Positions 24,555 to 32,000 of a stretch of DNA of 32,000 bases are shown in pieces; position 1 is the stretch's first letter, and each line of letters begins with the position of its first letter. The DNA comes from Xanthomonas campestris pv. campestris str. ATCC 33913 (lineage in GTDB: Bacteria > Pseudomonadota > Gammaproteobacteria > Xanthomonadales > Xanthomonadaceae), in the NCBI RefSeq assembly GCF_000007145.1, contig NC_003902.1, positions 4,733,426-4,765,425 of the forward strand, in the 5' to 3' direction. The position numbers and the translations under genes were made by a program. The notes under the pieces are model-generated. The model saw only the letters and a list, made by a program, of their open reading frames with translations, was not told where the DNA came from and searched no databases.

Positions 24555-25895
24555 TCAGCTACTGAGCAACCCCAACACCAGATCGCGCGGGAGCTTGCCG
24601 GTTTCGTTGCGTGGCAGGGCGGCGAGCTTGCGCAGGCGGCGCGGCAGGAATACCGGGTCGAAGCTGCCGCGCAAGGCGGTGAGGATCTGTGCCTCGTCCA
24701 GGCTCGGGGCCACCACCAGCGCGGCGATGCGGCCCACCGATTGGCCGTGTTCCGGCGCGAGTTGCACGATGGTGCCGTCGACCACGCCCGGCACGGCGAG
24801 CAGGCGGCGGGTGAGATCTGCGAGCGAGGCGCGTTTGCCGGCGATTTCCAGCAGATCGGCCTGGCGGCCACGCACCTGGAAACGGCCATCGGCGGCCACG
24901 TCCATCATGTCGGCCAGCAGCACCGGGCTGGCCAGATGCGGCGCGTGCACCAAGGTGCCGGCGGCCTGCGATTCCAGACGCACGCCGGGCAGCGGCGTCC
25001 AGGCAGCTTCCACGGCGGTACGCCGCACCGCAAACACGCAGGTTTCGGTGGAGCCGAACATCTCGCGCACTTCCCCGCCAAAGCGCGCTTCGGCGGCGGC
25101 CGCCACCTCCTGCGCCAGCGGTGCGGTGGCCGAGACGATGCCTACCAGCGGCGGCAGGTGCACGCCCGATTCGACCAGCGCGCGCAGATGCACCGGCGTG
25201 GTCACCAGCACGCGCGGCTCGGGAATCTCCGCAAGCGCACGTGCCACATCGTCGGGGAAGAACGGCCGGCCGGCATGCACCGCCAGTGCGGTGACCATCG
25301 GTAGCAGCACCGACAACTCCATGCCGTACATGTGTTGTGGCGGCACGGTGGCCACCACGTGCGGCACCGCGTCGGTGTGCGCCCACAGGCTCTGCAACGC
25401 CACCAGATCCTGCCGCGTGCTGGTCAGGAAACTGCCCCAGGTCTTGGGATTGGGTTGTGGCGCGCCGGTGCTGCCGGAGGTGAAGCCGATCGCCACCAGG
25501 GCATCGTCGGCCAGCATCGGGACCGGGCCTTCCAGCCGCGGTAAGTCCGCCGGCAATTGCCAATAGCGCGGCGGCGCCAGTTCCAGCGCTAGATCGCCCA
25601 GGCAGTACGCATCGGCGTGGCGCGCCTGCACTTCGCCGACCACCGCCGGCGCGCGCGAAGACGGCAGCAGCGACACCTGCCCACGCACCGCGCAGGCATA
25701 AAACGCCACCATGAAGCGATAGCGGTCCTCGCACAGGTTCACCGCGTGGCGGCCGTCGGGCAGCAACTGCGCCAGGCCATGCACGTGTGCGATGAAGGTG
25801 GCCAGGTCCACCGCCTGCCCGTCGCGCCACGCCAACGGCCGGCCGGGTTCGCCAACGGCCAACGGATGGGACAGCGGAGTGGACGGACTGGGCAT
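24555..25895 (-). CDS. xanA2: AMP-dependent synthetase/ligase (XanA2-like 3-hydroxybenzoate:ACP ligase)
   Basis: From ORF 24555..26243. I chose the ATG at 25895 (MPSPSTPLSHPLAV...), giving 446 aa. Upstream ATGs at 25961 and 25970 are possible. The adenylation motif is IGFTSGSTGAPQPNPKTW, and the C-terminus is NETGKLPR. Confidence 0.8.
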   Translation of the reverse strand: MPSPSTPLSHPLAVGEPGRPLAWRDGQAVDLATFIAHVHGLAQLLPDGRHAVNLCEDRYRFMVAFYACAVRGQVSLLPSSRAPAVVGEVQARHADAYCLGDLALELAPPRYWQLPADLPRLEGPVPMLADDALVAIGFTSGSTGAPQPNPKTWGSFLTSTRQDLVALQSLWAHTDAVPHVVATVPPQHMYGMELSVLLPMVTALAVHAGRPFFPDDVARALAEIPEPRVLVTTPVHLRALVESGVHLPPLVGIVSATAPLAQEVAAAAEARFGGEVREMFGSTETCVFAVRRTAVEAAWTPLPGVRLESQAAGTLVHAPHLASPVLLADMMDVAADGRFQVRGRQADLLEIAGKRASLADLTRRLLAVPGVVDGTIVQLAPEHGQSVGRIAALVVAPSLDEAQILTALRGSFDPVFLPRRLRKLAALPRNETGKLPRDLVLGLLSS

Positions 25896-26448
25896 GGGCA
25901 CCGGGGATCGCAAAAGCGCGCTAGCTTGGCGGCCCCCTGCGCTGCTGGCAAGTCGGGGCATTCCTGGCATTGGCTGATAGTCTGCGCTCGTGACGGCGCG
26001 TGTTCGCGGCAATGCCGCAACTTCGCTGCTGTGTGCAGCGCGGCTTGGCGCCGGAAAGCGCTGATTGGAAGCATGGAGCGCTTGGCACACGCGCTGATAG
26101 GCGCCGCATAAATATGCACGCATCGCCGACGCGTGATTCGTGCAGCAATCCCGCGCTCGTCGCCGGATGAGCGTCAATGCAAGCGCTCTGCTGCTGGCCC
26201 ACCGAAACACGCTGCGATCGTGAAACGCGGTTGATCGCCACAATTTCCGGCACGCGCGCTTGTCTCAATCGCGGCCGCCTCGCACGACAACGCAGTCCGC
26301 CGTGTAGCTCTAGTCCAGCCTGCTTCAATCACAGCAATCACCACCGATGACCCGCGCACAGACGCCATCACGCATGACCTGTGGCCCAGCCCCGTGCGGA
26401 AACGAACTGCTAGGCTTGCCCGCTCTTCTTGCGTTTCGATCCTGTCCG

Positions 26449-28821
26449 ATGCCCAGATTGTTGCCGTTGTCCCTCCTGTTGCTGGCCGCCACTGCGCAGG
26501 CGCAGTCCACCGCACCGCTCACCATCGAACAGGTGATGGCCGACCCGGACTGGATCGGGCCGTCGGTCGAGCAGGCCTGGTGGCAATGGGACGGCAAGCA
26601 GGTGCAGTACCAGCTCAAGCGCGAAGGCAGCCCGGTGCGCGATACCTATCGCCAGCCTGCAGCGGGCGGCACCGCCGCCGAGCGTGTGGCCGACACCGCG
26701 CGTGCGGGGCTGGATGCCGCCAACCCGAGCTACGACGCCGGCCGGCAACGCATGCTGTTTACGCGCAACGGTGACATCTTCCTGCGCGATCTGCGCTCCG
26801 GGGCGCTGACCCAGCTGACCCGCAGCAACGAGGTCGAATCGCGCCCGCAATTTGCCAGCGATGGCGGTGCGATCTGGCGCGCGGGCAACAACTGGTACCA
26901 CTGGCGTGCCGATGGCGGTACCGCGCAGGTGGCAGTGGTGAAGGCCGAGCGCGATCCCAACGCCGCGCCCAAGGCCGATGTGCTGCGCGAGCAGCAACTG
27001 GCCACCCTGGCCACCTTGCGCCGCGACCGCGAGCAACGCGAGGCGCTGCGCACCCAGGACGATGCCTGGCGCCGCGCCGACAGCACCCGCGCACCGGCAC
27101 CGGTGTATCTGGGCGATGAGGTGGAGATCGTCGACAGCGCGCTGTCGCCGGATGGACGCCATCTGCTGGTGGTCACCCAGGCCAAGGGCGCCGACGAGGG
27201 CCAGGACGGCAAAATGCCCAAGTACGTCACCGAATCCGGCTACGAGGAATTCCAGGAAGTCCGCACCCGCGTTGGCCGCAATGCCCCGGTGGCGCACGCG
27301 CTGTGGCTGGTGGACGTGGCTGCCGGCAGTGCCAGAGCGCTGTCGTTCGACCCGTTGCCCGGCATCGCCACCGACCCGCTGGCCGCGCTGCGCAAGGCGG
27401 CCAAGAAAGATCCGCTCAAGGGAAACCGTGCCGTGCGCGTGGAAAGCGACGGCGATGGCAGCGGCCCGGCCGTGCACTGGAGCGATGACGGACGCAACGT
27501 GGCGGTGGAAATCCGCGCCGTGGACAACAAGGACCGCTGGATCGCCAGCGTGGATCTGGACGATGCCAAGCTGCAGCCGCGCCATCGCCTGAGCGACAGC
27601 GCCTGGATCAACTGGGGCTTCAACGAATTCGGCTGGCTGCCAGACAACCGCACGCTGTGGCTGCTGTCGGAAGAATCCGGCTATTCGCAGCTGTACACGG
27701 TGGAAGGCAATGGCAAGCCACGCCAGCGCACCCGCGGCACATTCGAAGTGTCCGCACCGGTGCCCAGCGCCGATGGCAGCGGGATGTTCTTCCTGTGCAA
27801 CCGGAAATGGCCGGGCGATTACGAGGTGTGCAAGCTGGATCTGCGCACCGATCAGCTCAGCGAAGTCACCGCGCTCGACGGCGTGGAAGATTTCAGTCTG
27901 TCGCCGAACGGCCAGCAGGTGCTGGTGCGTTATTCCGGCAGCTACCTGCCCCCGCAGTTGGCGGTGGTGCCGGCCGCTGGCGGCCAGGCCACGGTGCTCA
28001 CCGACACGCGCACCGCTGCCTTCAAGGCGCAGCCGTGGATCGCGCCGCAATACGTGCAGGTGCCTTCAACGCACGGCGCCGGAACGGTGTGGGGCAAGTA
28101 CTACGGCCCGCAGCATCCCGAGCCCGGCAAGCAGTACCCCATCGTGATGTTCGTGCACGGCGCCGGCTACCTGCAGAACGTGTCGGCGCGCTACACGCCG
28201 TATTTCCGCGAGCAGATGTTCCATAACCTGCTGGTGCAGCAGGGCTACATCGTGCTGGATCTGGACTACCGCGCCTCCGAAGGTTACGGCCGCGACTGGC
28301 GCACCGCGATCTATCGCAACATGGGCCATCCGGAACTGGAAGACTATCTGGACGGCCTGCACTGGCTGGTCGACACCAAGCAGGGCGATCGTACGCGTGC
28401 CGGCATCTACGGTGGCTCCTACGGCGGTTTCATGACCTACATGGCCCTGTTCCGCAGCCCGGGCACGTTCAAGGCCGGCGCCGCGCTGCGGCCGGTCGGC
28501 GACTGGATGCAGTACAACCACGAGTACACCTCCAACATCCTCAACACGCCCGACCTCGACCCGCAGGCCTACAAGACCTCCTCGCCGATCAACTATGCCG
28601 ACGGCTTGCGCGACCATCTGTTGATTGCGCACGGCATGATCGACGACAACGTGTTCTTCAAGGACTCGGTCGACATGACCCAGAAGCTGGTCGAGCTGCA
28701 CAAGGAAAACTGGCAGGTGGCGCCGTATCCGCTGGAGCGCCACGGCTTCACGCGGGCCGATTCGTGGCTGGATGAGTACAAGCGCATCCTCAAGCTGTTC
28801 AACGAACAGGTGAAGCCGTAA
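26449..28821 (+). CDS. Secreted S9-family serine peptidase (prolyl oligopeptidase / dipeptidyl-peptidase type)
   Basis: Internal ATG at 26449 of ORF 26347..28821 gives the signal peptide MPRLLPLSLLLLAATAQAQS. There is an N-terminal beta-propeller-like region. The C-terminal alpha/beta hydrolase domain has the nucleophile GIYGGSYGGFMT, the acid HGMIDDNV and the His context LERHGF. Confidence 0.9.
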   Translation: MPRLLPLSLLLLAATAQAQSTAPLTIEQVMADPDWIGPSVEQAWWQWDGKQVQYQLKREGSPVRDTYRQPAAGGTAAERVADTARAGLDAANPSYDAGRQRMLFTRNGDIFLRDLRSGALTQLTRSNEVESRPQFASDGGAIWRAGNNWYHWRADGGTAQVAVVKAERDPNAAPKADVLREQQLATLATLRRDREQREALRTQDDAWRRADSTRAPAPVYLGDEVEIVDSALSPDGRHLLVVTQAKGADEGQDGKMPKYVTESGYEEFQEVRTRVGRNAPVAHALWLVDVAAGSARALSFDPLPGIATDPLAALRKAAKKDPLKGNRAVRVESDGDGSGPAVHWSDDGRNVAVEIRAVDNKDRWIASVDLDDAKLQPRHRLSDSAWINWGFNEFGWLPDNRTLWLLSEESGYSQLYTVEGNGKPRQRTRGTFEVSAPVPSADGSGMFFLCNRKWPGDYEVCKLDLRTDQLSEVTALDGVEDFSLSPNGQQVLVRYSGSYLPPQLAVVPAAGGQATVLTDTRTAAFKAQPWIAPQYVQVPSTHGAGTVWGKYYGPQHPEPGKQYPIVMFVHGAGYLQNVSARYTPYFREQMFHNLLVQQGYIVLDLDYRASEGYGRDWRTAIYRNMGHPELEDYLDGLHWLVDTKQGDRTRAGIYGGSYGGFMTYMALFRSPGTFKAGAALRPVGDWMQYNHEYTSNILNTPDLDPQAYKTSSPINYADGLRDHLLIAHGMIDDNVFFKDSVDMTQKLVELHKENWQVAPYPLERHGFTRADSWLDEYKRILKLFNEQVKP

Positions 28822-28989
28822 CGGCAGCGGTCCTGTCAGGGCGATGCGTCGTGTATCGCCATGGCGTGGAGGTAATGCCGGCATTGCGTTCGCCGCCCTC
28901 CACGCTGGTGCGGTTACACAGTGCGAGCGCCAGCGCGTTTGATTCGCAGATAACCGCGTGCGTGGGGGCATCAGCGTGCTTGCCAGAGG

Positions 28990-29114
28990 GTCCGAGTGAC
29001 GCGACCGTATGTACAAGCGCACCTGGGCGCGATGGGACTTCTCGGTAAAGCCCCATCGCGCCCGGTGCGCTCCTACGACGGAATGCTGCGGCTGAGAGGA
29101 ATCCGCCAGATCGG
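28990..29114. repeat. Composite REP-like element, copy 1 (~125 bp, internal palindrome partly degenerate)
   Basis: It starts gtccgagtgacgcgacc and ends ggaatccgccagatcgg. The internal arms are ...caagcgcacctgggcgcgatggga / ccccatcgcgcccggtgcgctcctac. Confidence 0.75.
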
Positions 29115-29185
29115 ACACCCGGGCGCTTGGTTCGCGGGAAATGGCATGTGTGGGGTCTTTTCTCATCGGCGTGCTTGTGCAGAGC

Positions 29186-29312
29186 GTCCGAGTGACACGA
29201 ATCACCCGTAGGAGCGCACCTGGGCGCGATGGGAGTTCCCGGTAATGCCCCGTCGCGTCCAGGTGCGCTCCTACGGCGGAATGCTGCGGCTAAGAGGAAC
29301 AGGCCAGATCGG
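29186..29312. repeat. Composite REP-like element, copy 2 (~127 bp, intact palindrome)
   Basis: It starts gtccgagtgacacgaat and ends ggaacaggccagatcgg. The internal arms are cgtaggagcgcacctgggcgcgatggga / ccccgtcgcgtccaggtgcgctcctacg. It is a direct repeat of copy 1 at a 196-bp offset. Confidence 0.75.
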
Positions 29313-29546
29313 CTGCCAGCGCTGCGTCGACCCATGATCGGAGTGGTGTATGCCGACCACGTGTGCGCGCACGGCAGTGACGCTGCAACGCACTCACCCC
29401 ACCCTACGTGTCACGCATTAAGCTTGGTGCAGGATCGGCAGCAGGCATGCGTGTATGCGCCTCGTGCGCCGGTCCGCTGCATGACCGGTGCGCCACCGGC
29501 CGCGCGGCGCCATCCATTCCTCAATCGGCGCGTAGAAGGGATCGCG

Positions 29547-30251
29547 ATGGGCCTGTGGGACCGTTTGTTTGGACGCAAGACCCCGGCGACACCGCCGCCC
29601 GCTGCAGCGCAAGCGGCGCCCGCCGCGGATGCAGATCCCGCTGCCGACATCGATCCACAGCTGCAACCCGCGCTGGCGCTGTTCCAGCAGGGCGATCACG
29701 TCGGTGCGTACAACGCCGCCGTGGCGCATCTGGACGTCGGTGCCGATGCGCACCGCCTGTGCGCGATCTCGCTGAGCGCCCTGGGCCGGTACCACGAAGC
29801 GTTTCCGCATTGGCTGGCGTTGTTCGAGGTGGAGCAGAGCGCGCACAACGCGCTGCAACTTGCCACCACCTCGGTGATGTGCAACGAGATCGACCGTGGC
29901 GAAGCCTGGCTGATGAAGTTCGACCAGTTGAACGAGCAGGAACGCGCCACCTCGCCGGCCACCGCGCGTACCAATTTCCTCAGCGCGCTGACCCAGGCCG
30001 GCCACGGCGAGCATGCATTGCCGCACCTGGAATGGCTGCGCGAAGCGTATGCCGGCATGTCGATCACCGATGGGCATTTCCTGTTCGTCCGCGGGCTGCC
30101 GTTCTTCGAAACGTTTCTGGAGCGCAGCACACCACTGTTGCGCGTCTGCCTGCCCGCCGATGCGCTGGCCGACTGGTATCTGCAGATGCAGCCGGCGCTG
30201 GATGCACCGGGCCAGGCGGCAGTGGCCGCGCACGTCGCCTCACTGCAATGA
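29547..30251 (+). CDS. Hypothetical protein (234 aa, helical/TPR-like by eye)
   Basis: Internal ATG at 29547 of ORF 29229..30251 (MGLWDRLFGRKTPATPPP...), preceded by GAAGGGA. The upstream part of the ORF runs through the REP elements and is unlikely to be coding. No motif was recognised. Confidence 0.55.
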   Translation: MGLWDRLFGRKTPATPPPAAAQAAPAADADPAADIDPQLQPALALFQQGDHVGAYNAAVAHLDVGADAHRLCAISLSALGRYHEAFPHWLALFEVEQSAHNALQLATTSVMCNEIDRGEAWLMKFDQLNEQERATSPATARTNFLSALTQAGHGEHALPHLEWLREAYAGMSITDGHFLFVRGLPFFETFLERSTPLLRVCLPADALADWYLQMQPALDAPGQAAVAAHVASLQ

Positions 30252-30817
30252 ACCGCACGCGGTCACCGGCAACGCGCGGCGGGTTCGTCACGCCAATGGC
30301 GTGGGTGTCGCTGCTGCTGGGCGTGGCCAGCGCGCTGACCAACCTGCTGCAGATCCTGCTGATCGGGCTGGTGCCCGGCTCCACCACGCTGCCACTGCCC
30401 CCGGGAATGCGCATGCCCGCTTCCTGGCAATGGCTGATCGACCATGCGGTGAGCTTGTCGGTGCTGGGCATGGTGCTGTCGGTGGCCTTCGCCTGGATGA
30501 GCTGGGCCTTGCTGCAGCGGCGCGAGTGGGCGCGGATCGGCTTCGTGCTGGTGCTGGTGGTCACCGGATTGCTTAATTTCGCTGGCTTGGCCCTGATAGG
30601 GCCGCTGTTCGATGGCCTGCAGTCGATGCTGCCGGCCGACATCCTGCACAGCCCGGAGTGGCCGCAGATGCAGGCGCGCCTGCAGACCACGCGACTGATG
30701 GCGCTGCTGCTGACCGGCATCGGTGCGCTGGTGATCGCGCTGTTTCAGTGCGCCCTGGCGTGGCGGCTGTGCGCGCCTGCGGTGCGCGCGGAGTTTGCGG
30801 CCTCGCCACGGGGCTGA
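30248..30817 (+). CDS. Small integral membrane protein (189 aa, ~4 TM helices)
   Basis: The ATG at 30248 forms an ATGA overlap with the previous gene. The product is MNRTRSPATRGGFVTPMAWVSLLLGVASALTNLLQILLIGL..., with further hydrophobic helices. It is the C-terminal part of the long composite ORF 29408..30817. Confidence 0.6.
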   Translation: MNRTRSPATRGGFVTPMAWVSLLLGVASALTNLLQILLIGLVPGSTTLPLPPGMRMPASWQWLIDHAVSLSVLGMVLSVAFAWMSWALLQRREWARIGFVLVLVVTGLLNFAGLALIGPLFDGLQSMLPADILHSPEWPQMQARLQTTRLMALLLTGIGALVIALFQCALAWRLCAPAVRAEFAASPRG

Positions 30818-31109
30818 TCGTTCGCCTGGAATCACGGCTGGGAGCGGTTGTCTTCAATCGAAGAGACCTCGCGTGCGTGGCGCCCGCACTGCCTGCGGGG
30901 CACGGCGCCGATCCAGCCTGGAAAACGCCTTCGCGACCGCCCTGCCGCCCCAAGCCCCTGCACGCAGTGATGGCTCTGCACCTCCACGGTGGATCGGCGT
31001 GGTGGCGACAACCTGGCGGCCCTGCACGCGAACGACCAGACGACCCACCGCGTCGCACGCGACACCTTGGCGCGGGTGCGAAATGCACGCAGCGCGGTGC
31101 ACCGCTTAG

Positions 31110-32000
<891 letters not shown>

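Noticed and set aside
28066-29335. ORFs 28066..29205 (-) and 28799..29335 (-), downstream of and antisense to the peptidase gene.
   Set aside because: They are antisense to a well-supported S9 peptidase gene or are composed of the REP-like repeat units. The repeated peptide strings come from the DNA repeats, not from a protein family.
29408-30817. 469-aa ORF and the 340-aa ORF 29229..30251, read from their first ATGs.
   Set aside because: Their 5' parts run through the REP-like repeats and encode Arg/Pro/Ala-rich junk. I kept only the internal starts at 30248 (ATGA-coupled, TM-rich product) and 29547 (RBS-like GAAGGGA).

Overview
This is a high-GC chromosomal segment (hand-sampled at about 60-75% GC) that looks like a Xanthomonas-type gammaproteobacterium. 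No rRNA, tRNA, CRISPR array, integrase or transposase was recognised.

Gene content, left to right:
- 63-3634 (-): a GH15 glycoside hydrolase gene coupled by an ATGA overlap to a zwf (glucose-6-phosphate dehydrogenase) gene. The zwf product carries an unusual Lys/Ala-rich C-terminal tail.
- 3698-7630 (-): an operon of ycgL-like gene, a 1107-aa transmembrane ankyrin-repeat protein, and a small low-molecular-weight phosphotyrosine phosphatase.
- 7821-25895: an essentially complete aryl-polyene (xanthomonadin-type) pigment cluster. It encodes KS, a CLF-like partner, GT2, two flavin-dependent halogenases, a FabG-like KR, two hot-dog dehydratases, an MMPL exporter, a LolA-like carrier, two acyltransferases, a membrane protein, ACP, an XanB2-like chorismatase and an XanA2-like aryl-AMP ligase.
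- 26449-28821 (+): a secreted S9 serine peptidase.
- 28990-29312: REP-like repeats.
- 29547-30817 (+): two small genes of unknown function.
- 31119-32000 (+): the 5' part of hemF.

The stand-out anomaly is a 2.1-kb AT-rich islet at 12258-14361 (about 38-45% GC in hand-counted samples). It fills the junction between two convergent pigment-cluster genes.
- It encodes only two translationally coupled genes: a 472-aa ABC/SMC-type (AAA_15/21-like) ATPase and a 214-aa protein with an E...DxD...E TOPRIM-like motif pattern.
- This 'split OLD / PARIS / AbiL-like' architecture is my candidate for the novel or accessory (probably anti-phage) system in this window.

A second sequence-level oddity is a diverged tandem copy of the 5' end of the MMPL exporter gene. 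The two copies differ almost exclusively at synonymous sites.
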